Counted from the first letter of the stretch, positions 1-14,272 are shown. The stretch is 64,000 bases of DNA from Mobula birostris (GCF_030028105.1 NC_092379.1:25909821-25973820), one strand, 5' to 3'. The notes: generated by a model from the letters alone, not told the origin. Numbers and translations are program-made.

Positions 1-2630
1 TCGTTCTATCCTTTAATTGTAAAAGAGTGAGGGCATCCTCGATTGTTGTAAAATCCTGCAAAGCCTTCCTGACAAATACCACAAGTTGAGATCATTGCAT
101 TACATCCAGGGATTCATCGAACGGCATTGAAAAATATTCACACAGTGAAAAGTCCTTTAACACTTTTCGATCCACGTCTTCTGACAGTAGACTCTATCCT
201 CCTTATCACTGTTGCAGGGCCAAGCGGTATATTATACATTGCGGTTGTGATGTCGTTTGTCTTTTTAAAGTAATTAAAACAGTCTCTGCGGTAATGACCA
301 TTGCTTCCTTGAATAAATCGCCATCTGTAAAAGGCATCTTGTGTTTCGCCAAAGAGTGGCTTAGACGAAATGATGCGCCCGTATCAGCCTTATTTTGAGC
401 AGCCTGTTTTGTGAAAAAGGACTGCTGGGCCTTCGACCCCGATTTCAGTTCCTCAACATTCTTCGCATGAAATGCGTTCTTTACGGTGTAGGTGTCAATA
501 AATTTCTGGTGGTTGGTGTTGTGGTGCCGCTCAGGATTCCCCCTTTTATTCAGTGCTTGGGTCTGGTGGCACAACATATATACAGACCTGTCTTTCACAA
601 AGTTAAATATAAATTCCTCTTCCTATTCTGGATGGAATTTGCAAACACAAAATAATCTGCAGATGCTGTGATCAATGCAACACTTTCAGTACGCTGGATG
701 AACTCAGCAGGCCGGGCAGCATCAGTTAGAAACGATGAGTGGACGTTTCGGGCCGGAACGCCTCGTCAGGACTGAAGAATGAAAGACTGGGAAAGATTTG
801 AAGAATGCTTGTAGCTTCAGTTGAAAGACCAGTAATTTGAAAGACAAAGGGGCGGGTAAACATTGACGTCATAGTCCTGAAAACAATGGGCAGTGGAAGA
901 AGGAGGCGGAACCATGTGGGAGCTGGGGGAGGGGTAGAGAGAAATAGGGATAGAGGAAGTGAGGGGGAGGGAATTACCGGGAGTTAGAGAATTCTATGTT
1001 CACATCAAGTGGCTGGAAGCTACCTAGACGGTATTTGAGGTGTTGCTCCTCCCACCTGAGTTTAGCCTCATCATGGCAGTAGAGGAGGGCATGTATGAAC
1101 AGACCTGAATGGGAATGGGAAGCAGAGTTGAAGTGGCTGGCTACTGGTAGATCCTATCTGTTGTGGCAGGCGGACTGGAGGTGCTCGACGAAGCGGTCCC
1201 GCAATCCGCGTCGGATTTCACCGATGTACAGGAGCCCACACCCGGAATACCCCATGCAATGGATGACCCCAACAGACCCCGCCACATGCAGAAATACTCA
1301 ACTATACCTCTTCCCACCCCATCACATGCAAAAATAACATTCCCTATCCCCAGTTCCTCCGTCTCTGCGGCATCTGCTCCGAGGATGAGGATTTTCCGTT
1401 CCAAGACATCTCAGATGTCCTCTTTCTCTAAGGATCGTAGTTTCCCTTCTACCCTCATCAATGATGCCCTCACCCGCATCTCCTCCATTTCCCGCACTTC
1501 GGCCCTCACCCCATCGTCCCGCAACCACAACAGGGACAGGGTTCCCCTTGTCCTTACCTACAACAACACCAGCCTCCAGATCCAGCACATTACCCTCCGC
1601 AACTTCAGCCACCTTCAACAGGACCCCGCCACTTTCCCCCTCCACCCCTCTCCACTTTCCGCAGGAATCGTTCCCTCCGCGACTCCCTTATCCGCACGTC
1701 CATCCCCACTGATCTCCCACCCGGCACTTATCTCTGTAAACGTAAGTGCTACACCTGTCCCGACACCTCATCTCTTGCAATCATTCAGGGCCCCAAACAG
1801 TCATCCCAGATGAGACAACACTTCACTTGTGAGTCTTTTGGGGTCATCTATTGCATCTGGTGCTCTCGGTACGGCCTCCTTTACATCGGTGAAACCTGAT
1901 GCAGATTGGGGGATCGCTTCGTCGAGCTCCTCCTTTCAGTCCGCCACAACAGACAGGATCTCCCGGTAGCCAACCACTTTACCACTATTTCGAATTCCCA
2001 TTCAGATATGTCCATACATGGCCTTCTCTACTGCCATGATGAGGCTAAGCTCAGGTTGGTGGAGCATCACCTCATATACTGTCTAGGTAGTCTCCAGTCC
2101 CTTGGTATGAACATAGAATTCTCCAACTTCCGGTAATTCCCTCCCCCTCCCTTCCTCTATCCCTATTTCACTCTACCCCTCCCCAGCTCCCTCATGGTTC
2201 CGCCTCCTTCTTCTACTACCCATTGTTTTCAGGGTTATGACGTCAATGCTTCCCCTCCCCCACCCCTTTGTCTTTTAAATTACTGGTCTTTCAACCGAAG
2301 CTACAAGCATTCTTCAAATTCTTCGCCATCTATCAATCTTCATTCCTGCCGAAGGGTTCCGGCCGAAACGTCGACTTATCGTTTCTAACTGATGCTGCCC
2401 GACCGGCTGAGTTCATCCAGCGTACTGAAAGTGTTGCCTGGGAGGAATTTTTACGTGCTCGCTTTCTTTCGTGGAGCCTCCGCCTTGTTATGAGGATATC
2501 ACGAGAGAGTGCGGTACATTGAAGTTTGCGACAATCTTTGCTTTTATCTAATCTGATTGGTCACTTTGATGCAGCACAAGCTACCCTGAAAACGAGGTGC
2601 ATGGCGGGCTAGCTACACATATGGGCACTG
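1..2630 (-). mobile_element. hAT-superfamily (Charlie/Buster/SPIN-like) DNA transposon remnant, interrupted by a Penelope-like insertion at 641-2437
   Basis: ORF 206..598(-) contains HSLAKHKMPFTDGDLFKEAMV, resembling the GTF2IRD2/SPIN-type transposase motif AKxxKPFTDGEFxKE. A CAGTG-type terminus on the minus strand lies at 2626-2630. The outer boundary is tentative. Confidence 0.6.
641..2437 (+). mobile_element. Penelope-like retroelement with inverted terminal arms (RT C-terminus plus GIY-YIG endonuclease, degenerate)
   Basis: 1810-2136 encodes RQHFTCES.GVIYCI.CS...LYIGET...GDRF.E, a GIY-YIG domain of PLE type. 677-1270 is the reverse complement of 1840-2437. Near-identical flanks CTGGATGGAATTT (628-640) and CTGGGAGGAATTT (2438-2450) look like a TSD. 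Confidence 0.85.
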
Positions 2631-5600
2631 GGCAGAGAGGACGGAACTAAAACCCTGCAACCCGGAAACAATCGTTCTTTAGCAACAGCTTTCAATAGCG
2701 AAAGTATTGCTATATTACTATGACCCTAATTAGTATTACTTATTTTTATAATGTTCACATTACAACAGTATTGGTGTATTTATTTTTGATATTTTCGCAG
2801 AATCTTCTTGGAAAGACTGAAAGATCGACTGGTCGTTCGCGACCTTGTAAGAAATAAACTCAATTAAATTTAATTGAATTCAATATTTTGTAAAAGCTTT
2901 TTTTCGCAGGCACTTTGCAAATTCAACAATGTGCATGTCAAAGATTTTATTGAGTCTGTATTGCTTGCTCCCGCATTCATATTGATTCCTTAATTTGCGC
3001 GACCCTGTTCGACCAGATAGTAAAAATATGATCATTGTCTGTTTGTCGGTAATTCTGTGTTAGGTTTGGTGAGATTTTCTGCGTTGAATTTATTCTGAAT
3101 ATCATGGATGAAACATTTTCATTGTTCCTGAACTGCGAGTTCTCTTTAGTTTTTATTTGTTTGTTTTTTTTTCAGACTGACGTATTCATCAGTTTATCTA
3201 GTCTGGATCTGAATGCATAGAGCGTTAATTTCATTCTATTTACATGTTCTACATCGTTTTTGTTAAGTGGATTGAGTATTTCATAGGTCTTATATTATTA
3301 TTAGCTTCATAATTTCTCAGCTCATACTGTTAAAAGCTGATGTACAAGCACCGCCATGCCCACTCATTCTTCAAGTAATATGAACTTTTGGACTCTTATA
3401 TTAGTGTTTCGTACAGTGGCGTTCCGCAGATTTATACACAATACTGCAGTGTAGGCCTGATAGTTTAATGATATCTGCTAATTTGTCTTGTCTTTGGGAT
3501 GATACCAGTTTGAAATTACTGACTGGAAGGAGTTTTGCGGGCCATGTGAGGAGGATATTTTCCTAAGATATGTTCTGCATCTGCCCAATAATTGTGCATG
3601 TTACTAGACATACAGAACATATCTGAAGGGACGGGCAAGTCCTTTCAACAACGGAGTACGCCCCCGTTTAACGCATTTCATAACTGTCTTTCTTTCTATA
3701 CAGTACTTCGTTCTTACATTCCAAGTAGAAAAAGTGACAAAGCAATCAAAGCTAAAAATCGTTATGTATACACAGAGCAAGGAAGAAAATAAAGTAGTCT
3801 GAGTAAATGTTTTCCGCAGTCATGTTATTCACTGAACTCGCCGAACCACTTATCGGAAAAATTTACGTCAGATCACTGGAGCGGAGAACCGATCCCACCA
3901 GTACAAAGACAAACACAGCAGACAACCCAACTAAAAAGTGATAGATTTTTGTGCATAAAGTACCCAATCGATTCACCATATGATCAGTCGTCCTGATGTA
4001 TATTTGCAACATTTGCGCAGTGGAACCGACAAAAAAAAAAAAACACTTCCTCCTGTAGATCGCAAACACAGTGGAATGAAAAACTGAGGCAAACTCAGAA
4101 AATAATGTTGAAATATTCTTTTCTGCAAGTTTATGGTCAACTGGTTAGCACACAGTCATGGTCCACCACCTGGCCTGGGAGGTGTAAGTTGACGTGAAGT
4201 GGACAGGCACCATCTCTACCAGTGCCTTCCAGGTGAAGTCGTGCGTACTGTGCTATGAATGTCCTCTTTGATTACGCATCCGTTGGCTCATCTGCTGGAA
4301 TACTAGTTTCATCCGCCAGCCCACCAGACATGTTATTTTCTCCTGTGATACGATTCGAACTCGGGTGACCTACTGCATAATGTGATGCCATGTCTTAATA
4401 AAGCATTAAGCCAGATTTAGGAGGCATGGGGCACCCTTTAGGAGTTCGTCTTCTGCGACTGAAAACTTATTTTGCCAAATTTAGAACACAGGTAATAGAA
4501 AAACACATTCTTTAGCGTAAAGTCTACCACTTTTTAATAGAAAACTACTTTGTACAATATCGCACTCTGCTGGACCTTTAATGTCATCCTTACGAAAATA
4601 TGGCCATGGTAAGCACTGACATAGGGGATATCTGTAACTAAATCTTCATTGAAGGACTGGAATATCCATGGATCCAAAATTACTCCACATTGCAGTGGCT
4701 TGAAAGGTCACAGGTTTTGGTACTTGTTCAGTTTCGTAACCTGCATGGACCCTTCGCTCAGAATCAGAAGAATATTGGCGTGTTCCATGTCTCGTGTGGA
4801 GAACTGATGATCTCCGGAGACGTCAGCATGCAAAGCCTCGATCCGTGGTATTAGATATGCAGTAAACTTTCTTGCGCGGTTTACTGTCGATTTCTAGCGC
4901 TGCAGATACAGAGTGACTCCGTAGACCTGAAAATAGTGATGAGCAGAAAGTCCCACTCTTCGTGCTCTATGGACTCTCCGTCACCCGCTCTCTGTTGTCG
5001 ATGCATTTCTTCTACTTTTAAGCCCAATGTGTATGGGCGTCCTTTGAAAATCCTACCTTGACCTTTTCTTCTAAGGTTTAAATTACACGTTGAACCATAG
5101 TCTGCACCAGAGGAATCAGCTTCAAAACGATGACCACAGTAAAAACGTATTTCTCTGAAGATACCAAGCACGCCCAAGTTAAGCCCAGTGACGATGAGAA
5201 ACACAGAGTCCAGAGAAATTCCGTAAACTGCCGGAAGGATAATTCCCAGAGCAAGGTGACGCTTTCCAACACCACTCTATCCATGATTATGCCAACTGTT
5301 CTTATTTCAGGCACAATTTTTAATGACTTTGCACTGTGGTTAATCAGCTATCGCCAATGGCTGATGCGAAGCAATTCCTATTACAGTAGACCTCATCTTG
5401 TTACACAAACCTTTGGGTGTGATTGCAGTAAACCAAAAGTTTAAATTCGAGAATTCTATATAAACAGTCAACACAGCAAAATAATCACATAAACTGAGGT
5501 CAAAATTAATCCTAATTACTCACGTGTCACAACGTTGTTGAATTATTAAATGAGAATTATTATATTTAGATATCAGCTCATCATAAGACAGCAGTCCATA

Positions 5601-7049
5601 TGCAGTACCGACAACGGCTAGTTCCAGAAGCATACTGCCTAGATATATCAGCCACTTCACTTCCGTGTCAATGTCTGGAAGTTTTTGGCTATGAAATCGA
5701 AAGAAACAGCGGCTGTGCCTCAGAAACTTGCTGCAGATTTTGTACGAGGATATAATCCGTTCCCACCACTCTGAAATACCGCGCATAATGCCATGCCGTA
5801 TCATATAGCCGGAGTGCCGGGCTTGACAAAACATACTCCAGTTGTCTCTCGTGTACTACATCAGCAACCGGCCTTTAGCAAAATCTGCCTGAGTGTTGTT
5901 ATCACCACGTGTGCTTCGCCCGGCCGCGAACTCGACATGTCTGCCTGAGTTATCGAGATACCAAAATAAGCAATAAGCATCACTGTTATAGCTGCATTAA
6001 AGGCAATGCGTTCGCACTCAGAACCTGTGAATACGGACTCTCTCTGAATCACGAATTCTGCACTGTTCAGATCTGAAATATAGGGAGAAATAAGATTCTT
6101 AATATTATTATTGAAAACTATTTGGTTTCACCTCGCACGTTTTTGTTTTACACCAAATATTATAAACGCCTCAGATAATTGTCTGGTATCTCTGTGCCCA
6201 TCAACATTTCTCAACACTTCGTCCTTCATGTAATCAAGCGTCTATCCCTCAGGTCCTTGCTTTCCTTAAATCCTTCTAACTCTCCTCCATTATTACAGAT
6301 CATGCCCACTATGCATTCCGATCAACGTTAGATAACAAAATGTCAACAGATTCTAAAATCGAAATGCAATGACCCTAGATCTGATGCTTCTGTTCATTTG
6401 ATATTAGCTAGAGAGATGTAGATGCAATCTCTCGATGCCCACCCTTTTCTAATCTAAAACGAAAATGTCCTCTCCGCCTATCCTCATCTGAAGGAGAATA
6501 CAATCCATGCAGACGGTTTTAATTTATGGATGCTTTCCCTAAATCTCATTTGTGACACTAAAAGTGGGAGTTTGGTATGTTCTCTGTATCTCAAAACATT
6601 AATACCCATTAAAAACGGGTGACCTTCTTACCAATAACCAATGCCACCCACAGTGCAGCAAATGAGAGGTATCGCATTTTCCACTGTAAAGAGGCAGATA
6701 CTTCAGATGTTTCGGGGCTTATTTGTTATGAATGAAAATGGAGAGGGAAGCGTCGACTGAGTGCTAAATCGTTATTTCCTGAAGATCTCAGAGGTGCCTT
6801 TATTCTTCGGAATTTGCTGGGGTTCGGGTGCTACGCAACAATGCAGCGGGTTAAAGTTTCACGGGATTTAGAAGATATATTAATGTTTTAAAGTGCAAAA
6901 TCTGAAAAGAAAGCACCGAATGTATGTTTCAAATACATGATAAATTAGAGTGTCAGAATTGTTTCGATTTTCCTGGCTTTTTATTGATACTTCGAAGTTT
7001 ATTCGTTATTTTAATTTAGCATCTCATTCTTAAATAATAATAATACCAC

Positions 7050-7055
7050 TGCTAA

Positions 7056-7091
<36 letters not shown>

Positions 7092-7107
7092 CATTATTGT
7101 TATTATT
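7050..7107. repeat. (TTA)n microsatellite
   Basis: Direct reading of the sequence. Confidence 0.95.
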
Positions 7108-7289
7108 AAAAGGAAAGAAACAAACCAGCACATTACATGATCCGGCAGCAATGTCAATCAATCTGACTAAATGCATAGGCACTATCAAATGGCAAATATC
7201 ATTGACCAATATCTTACTTTAGAGCAGAAACTCATAAAATAAAACAGATCTTTCAATAAATGCAAGTCTGATTCAATTTTACCTCAAAT

Positions 7290-7640
7290 TATATTTTGAC
7301 CTATCCAGAATATTGAGTGGACTGGATAAGGAAAATTTGGAGAGGATGGTTCCCTGTGGGGCTGTATCCAGATATAGAGGGAAGAGTCTCAAAATTTAGA
7401 ACCGAGGTAAGGAGGATGTTTTTTGCTTTTTCTTCTGGACAGACTGTTGTGAAACAATGGAATGCTCTGCTACATTCTGCGGTCGAAATACAGTCCGGGG
7501 GTATAATTAAAGCGGAATTTGATAGCTTCCTGATTGGTGAAGCCATCAAATAATATGGCTGTAAGGCAGGTGTTAGGGTTGAGTGGGATCCGGGATAAGC
7601 CGTTATCCTGTGCATCTGACTCGATGGTTTGAATATCTAA
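7290..7640 (+). mobile_element. CR1 LINE 3' fragment
   Basis: Peptide IEGRVSKFRTEVRRMFF...VVKQWNAL...FDSFL is typical of the CR1 ORF2 C-terminus, followed by 3'UTR-like sequence. Confidence 0.75.
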
Positions 7641-7854
7641 GTTTGCTCTCGTGCCTTATGGTCCAAGGGCAATCAATAATAAAATACAGGGGATAGAAGA
7701 ATACAGGGTAAACAAGTTGGAAATAGTTATAATAAATTTAATCATTCCAAACGCATATAACATATAGAAATCAATAAGTGAAAACTGCACAAATATGCTG
7801 AATTAAATGAGACAATAATAAACAAAAAAAAAGCAAAACTCTGGAATGAACAGG

Positions 7855-10800
7855 GTATAAGACCGTAATACCATAAGACAAAGGAGCAGAAGTCGGCCAT
7901 TCGGCCCATCGAGTCTTCTCCGCCATTTTATCATGAGCTGATCCATTTTCAGTTTTAGTCCCACTCCCCCGCCTTCTCACCATAACCTTTGATGCTCTGG
8001 CTACTCAGATACTTATCAATCTCTGCCTTAAATACACCCACCCAGTGAATTGGCCTCCACTGCTGCCCGTGGCAACAAATTCCATAGATTCACCATCCTC
8101 TGACTAAAAAAAAAAACTTCTTCAATCTGTTCTGAATGGGTGCCCTCCAATCCTTAAGTCATGCCCTCTCGTACTAGACTCACCCATCATGGGAAACAAC
8201 GTTGCCACATCCACTCTTTCCATGCCTTTCAACATTCGAAATGTTTCTATGCGGTCTCCCCTCATTCATCTAAACTCCAAGGACCACAGTCCAAGAGCGG
8301 ACAAACCTTCCTCACATGTTAACCCGCTCATTCCCGGAATCATTCTAGTGAATCTTCTCTGTACTCTCTCCTACGTCAGCACATCCTTCCTTAAATAAAA
8401 AGACCAAAACTGCTCACAGTACTCCAAGTGAGGTCCCACCAGCGCCTTATAGAGCCTCAACATCACATCCTTGGTCCTATACTCTATTCCTCTAGAAATT
8501 CTTCACTACCGACTCAACCTGGAGGTTAACCTTAAGGGTATCCTGTCCGAGTTGTCCCAATTCCCGTTGCATCACAAAGCTTTGAATTCTTTCCCCATTT
8601 AAATCATAGTCTGCCCGTTTATTTCTTCTGCCAAGTGCATCACCATACATTTTCCAACACTGTATTTCATTTGCCACTTCTTTACCCATTCTTCCCATCT
8701 ATCCAAGTCTCTCTGCAGAATCTCCGTTTCCCCAGTACTACCGGCCCCTCCACCTATCTTCATATCGTCAGCAAACTTAGTCACAATGGCATCTATTCCA
8801 TAACGCAAAACGTTGATGTACAATGTTATAAGGAGCGGACCCAACACGGACCCCTGCGCAGTACCACTGGTAAGCGGCAGCCAACCAGAATAAGATCCCC
8901 TTATTCCCACTCTCTGTTTCCTGCCAATCTGCCAACGCTCTATCCACGTATGTAACTTTCCCGTAATTCCATGAGCTCTTATCTTGTTAAGTAGTCTCAT
9001 GTGTGGCACCTTGCCAAAGGGCTTCTGAAAATCCAAATATACAACATCCACTGCATTTCCATTGTCTAGCCTACCGGTAATTTCCTTAAAAAGTTGTAAT
9101 AGGTTTGTCAGGCAGGATTTTCCTTTAAGGAATCCATGCTGAGTTCTGCCTATCTTGTCATATGCCTCCAGGTACTCTGTAACCTCATCCTTGACAATCG
9201 ACTCTGACAACTTCCCAACCACCGATGTCAAGCTAACAGGTCTATAATTTCTTTTTTTGCTTCCTTGCCTCCTTCTTAAATTACGGAGTGACATTTGCAA
9301 TCTTCCAGTCCTTCGGAACCATGCCATAATCTATCGACTTTTGAAAGATCATCGCTAATGCCTCCACAATCTCCACAGCGACTTCCTTCAGAGCACGCGG
9401 GTGCACTCCAACTGGTCCGGGAGATTTATCTATCTTTAGACTATTCAGCTTCCCAAGTACTTTCTCTGTAGTAATTGTGACTGTGCACACTTCTCTTCCT
9501 TGCCACCCTTGAGTGTCCAGTATACTGCTGATGTGTTCCTCAGTGAAGATTGTTGCAAAATACTCGTTCTGTTCCTACGCCATCTCCTTATCTCCCTTTA
9601 CAATTTATCCAGCATCATTTTCTATCGTTCCATCTACTCTCACCTGTCTTTTATTCTTTATATACTTGAAAACGCTTTTTGTATCCTCTTTGATATTATT
9701 TGCTAGCTTCCTTTCAAATTTAATCTTTTCCCTCTTAATGACCTTCTTAGTTTCCTTTTGTAAGGTTTTAAAAACTTCCCAACCCTCTGTCTTCCCACTA
9801 ATTTTTGCTTCCTTGTATGCCTTCTCCTTTGCTTTAACCTTGGCTTGACTTCTCTTGTCAACCACGGTTGCATTTTTTTTCATTCGAAAATTTCTTCTTT
9901 TTTTTTGGAATATACCTGTCTTGCACCTTTCTCACTTCTCCCATAAACTCCAGCCACTGCTGCTCTGCCGTCTTTCCCGCCAGTGTCCCTTTCTAGTCAA
10001 CTTTGGCTAGTTCTCTCATGCCACTGTAATTTCGGCATGAGAGAATCAGGTTTCGGCTTCTCTTTTTTCTCAAATTTCACAGTGAACTCAATCATGATAT
10101 GATCACTGCCTCCTAAGAGTTCCTTCACCTGAATCTCTCTAATCACCATCGGTTCAATACACAATACCCAATCCAATACTGTCGATCCGCTAGTGGGCTC
10201 AAGAACAAGCTGTTCTCGAAAGCCATCTCGCAGACATTCTACAAATTCTCTCTCTTGAGATACAGTGCGGATCTGATTTTCCCAATCCACTCGCATGTTA
10301 AAATCCCCCACAATTATCATCACACTGCCCTTCTGACAACCCTTTTTTAATTTCCTGTTGTAAATTGTAGTCCACATCACTGCAGCTGTTTGGAGGCCTA
10401 TAAATAACTGCTATCAGCGTCCTTTTACCCCTGCGATTTCTTAGCTCAATCCATAAAGATTCTGCACCTTCCGATCCTATATCACCTCTTTCTAATGATT
10501 TAATATCTCTTACCAATTAAGCCACGCTTCCTGCTCTGCCTACCTTCCTATCCTTCCGATACATCGTGTATCCTTGGACGTTCAACTCCCAGAGACATGC
10601 ATCCTTTAGCCACATCTCAGTAATGACAGCAATAACATACCTGCCAATCTCTATCTGTACGACAAGATCATCCACCTTATTCGTTATGCTGCGTGCATTT
10701 AAGTATAACACCTTAAGACCAGTATTTTGTAATTTTCGCTTTGATTTCACTGCAACTTTATTGCACTGCAACTCATCCCAATGGCTACAAATTTGCCCCA

Positions 10801-12125
10801 TCACATGCCTGTCTTTCCTGACATCTTTACTGCTCACTATCTTAGACTTATTTCTGTTTTCCCCTTTCTCTGCTCAGCCATTCCGGTTTCCATCCCCCTG
10901 CCAAATTAGTTTAATCCCTCCCTAACAGCTCTATTAAACTTTCCCGACAGGATATTGGACCCTTCGGATTCAGGTGTAACATGTGCTTATTGAACAGGTT
11001 ATACTTCCCATAGAAGAGATCCCAATTGTCGAGCATTCTGAAGCCCTGCCCCCTGCACCTGTCTCTCAGCCACGCATTCATCTGCCTGATCCTACTATTC
11101 TTGCCCTCGCTAGCACGTGGCACAGGTAGTAGTCCCGAGATTACTACGCTGGAGGTCCTGCTTCTCAGTTTCCATCCTAACTCCTCGAAATCTCTTTTCA
11201 GGACCTCCTCCTTTGTCCTATGTATGTTATTGGTACCAACATTTACCAAGACAACTGGCTGCTCACCCTTCCCCTTCAGAATATTCAGGACCCGATCCGA
11301 GACATCCCGTACCCTGGCACCAGGGAGGCAACACACAATGCGGGTATCTCTGTCAGGCTCACAGAATCTCCTGTCCGTTTCCCTCACTATTGAATCCTCT
11401 ATGACTACCGCATTCCTCTTCTCCCTCCTTTTCCCCTGCACAACTCCGCCAGGCTCAGTGCCAGAGACCCGGTCACCGTGGGCGTCCCCCGTCAGGTCAC
11501 CCCCATCAACAGCATCCAGAACAAGATATCTCTTGCTAAGGGGGACAGCCACAGGTGTGTTCTTCACTATCCGGGCATTTTCCTTCCCTCACTTGACAGT
11601 GATCCAGTTTTCTGACCCCTGTAGCGTGGGGATGACTACCTCCCTGTAGACCCTGTCTTTTACCTCTTCACTCTCCATGATAAGCAGTAGGCGCAGATGA
11701 GGCTGGAGGTCTCCCAGGATTCCCACATCTGACACCCTGAACAAAGCATTAGCCCGGCAGGCATGCTATCCAATTCGACAGAAATGAAATAGGAAAAATA
11801 AGTCTATTCACCCACTTACCTCGCCAAACAGGTGAACTTCTTTTGAAACTGTTAGCTCGTACCGCTAGCTGTGAGAACGCTACTGTTCCTGTCTGTGGGG
11901 GCCGATTCGCAAAAGGGGGGCGGGGGGGGGGGAAGAAAACAAGAGTTGGTGCTTCGCTCTCGCCTCTTCCCGTTTTCCGCCGAAACGCATTGAAGCTAAA
12001 GCCCTACATTCTGCTACCGCTCACTCCGCTGCCCGCTTTGTAGCGTGGCCTCCTTTTTAAACTCTCCGCGCTGTCCTGTTGACGTCGCGTGCCTGCGCAT
12101 GCTCGTCCTTCTTGCACTCGAAGTT
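7855..12125 (-). mobile_element. Near full-length, frameshifted CR1 LINE (ORF1 esterase, ORF2 endonuclease and RT)
   Basis: ORF1 10911-11567: VVIEDSIVR...CLPGARVRDV...VGTNNI (SGNH esterase). Endonuclease 10837-9997: LYLNARSI, ITEMWL, IVGDFN. RT 9490-8600: NYRPVSLTSVVGK, VYLDFQK, QGSVLGP, KFADD. Short tandem 3' tail (CCATAAGA-like) near 7860-7880. Confidence 0.93.
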
Positions 12126-14200
12126 TTTTTAAAAAACTGCAATCCTTCAGAATTCAGCTTCTACAGCGCTCTGTAGTCCCGATCCAAAAGATTGTAGATT
12201 GTTCCCATAGTAATATCAAAACCTGGTATAACCCCAAGAAGAATAGACCACACCATTAAACATTTGGGCAAGCAATGTCTGTGCAAATCATCAGAGAAAC
12301 ACGATACGAAATACCACACGAATAATCCTAACGTTCCTAGAAATTATAAAATGAGCGTCCTTGACAATACCTGTGCCTACTGTTTTAACAGCTTTAGCTG
12401 AGGAAAAATAGATTGTGACATAATTAATACACTACATTTTATAAAACAGTAATTTAAAAATCATCAATAGCCATTCATTTTGTGATCAGTGTCCATCTTT
12501 TTTGCTATATAATAATACTGTTTATTTTTACTTTTTGAGTGACTGGTCATATTGTTCTTTTACATATTCTAACAATCGACGTCGTGTGAGAATCCAATGA
12601 AAGTATGATTAGCTCTCATTCCCACTGTGCACATGCTGCCTAATATTCTGAGTACATCTTGCATTTCTGTCCTATCTGACATTTCTAATAGTGTTGGTGT
12701 TTTCCCTGTATATCGCGGGTTATATAAAAGTATTCGCCAATGCAACAGTCACTGTTTTCGTGCAAACTATGTATACTGTCCAGCGGATTGACCTGCACAG
12801 TTTACTCCATACCCATTTACTGATCATTCTATGACGTCAGGAATGAAAAAAATATAGAGATACAGATTTAATTCATATGAAAGTTGGACCAAATTTGTTT
12901 CAAATAACTACGGGACCAGTTGCTTTACAGGCAGTTACTATTCAGACATTTCCGATATTCGATTCTACAACAGGCAGGAAATAAAACAGTTCAAAGCAAT
13001 CTTTCCAATGTGTTGCTTCTGAAGAACTCACAATCACTTCCAGAAGAGTTCCAAATTGAAATTATTTACGCTCGCAGAAAATGGAAGCATCTGCAAGATA
13101 TGTCGAAGTTGATTTTGAAACGGTGAGTCAATGAGTAGCTATCAATGTTAAAAAGACGTCAGAAAATGTTAGGTTTACAGCGTAATTTCCCCCCAGAAGA
13201 CATTCTTCACAACACAATGCCTCGCGACACAAGGAACATGAATTATTTCAATAAAGAAGAGGATTTCTGCAGCTTCTGTGCATCAAATCGAATTGCCTGG
13301 ACAGTCCTATAAACAAGATCGGTATTTCAGAAGCGGCAGAGGCTTGATAAGCTACAGCACTTGAGGCGTCGCCTACGTCTACTGATGGGTCTTGATGTTT
13401 TTGACTTGACAGAGAGTGGTCGTAAAGATCACTCTGTCCTGGGGTATGTGATCGTAAACTGTTTTCTAGATGACTGTTACATGACTTGGCTTAAAAATGA
13501 CGAAAGATGATATTTCCATATATGTTCGATGTTTATCCTTGAACGTGTCATATCTACTATTTAAGTAAACTGTAATAAATATGATAGTGCAAGAGCTAGT
13601 GGCGAAGATGTAGCAACCTGTATCAGTTTTTTGTCCTTCCGTATGGTGTTGTGTTTTGCGATTTATTATCGGATAGGATCATTTATTATGTGGGATTGGG
13701 CGTGGTAGAACGAAATTTGTATGGCCACATTTTCAGATTGTGTGCCGTTGTTTTATCTGAGGTTTGGATTTTTTTTTTTTTTTGCTTTTTTTTTTGACTA
13801 CTGATTTGATTTTTGCACTTATTTTGCTTTTTTATATCGTTTTTACGTGGACTTCCTTAATATCGATAATTTTAATCAGTCGTCTTGCTGGTTTCGTAAT
13901 AAATTGTCGAGCGTGTGTTTGTCGACTTGATGCTCCGTTATTTTGAAGCGCGTAATACAGTGATGAATATCTCATCGATTCTCTTCTTTCTGTTATTTTG
14001 TTTTGTCAACTAGCCGCAACCAGTAACGACCAGGTATTTTTAAAACGAACCCGAGGCAACTGCCTAACTATTGATGTGCAGCGTTGTTTCGTCTGTTTCG
14101 TTATTCAAAAGGACAACGAGACCTTCCAGTGAAGGGAACAAATAATAACACTATAACGCAGCACATGATTCCTGGTAAGAGGCGAGGAGGGGGAGGGAGA

Positions 14201-14226
14201 GACTGAGAGGGAAAGGAGAGAGAGAC

Positions 14227-14272
<46 letters not shown>

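Noticed and set aside
3863-4069. Minus-strand ORF with a hydrophobic, transmembrane-like stretch
   Set aside because: Lacks TCR/Ig transmembrane signature residues and has no associated exons.
2900-6100. Scattered Ig-like motifs (VYGQLVSTQS...PGR..KLT*SG near 4130-4200; QSDSVD...EESA near 4900-5120; LQILYED and SL.ITN near 5730-6060)
   Set aside because: No frame, even allowing frameshifts, gives a Cys-Trp-Cys V domain of proper length with an RSS; they cannot be distinguished from chance by eye.
6649-6690. Perfect CACAGTG heptamer
   Set aside because: No nonamer at 12 or 22/23 spacing and no V-like coding sequence upstream.
12832-12839. Perfect CRE palindrome TGACGTCA
   Set aside because: No leader or V exon found downstream; an 8-mer like this is plausible by chance in 64 kb.
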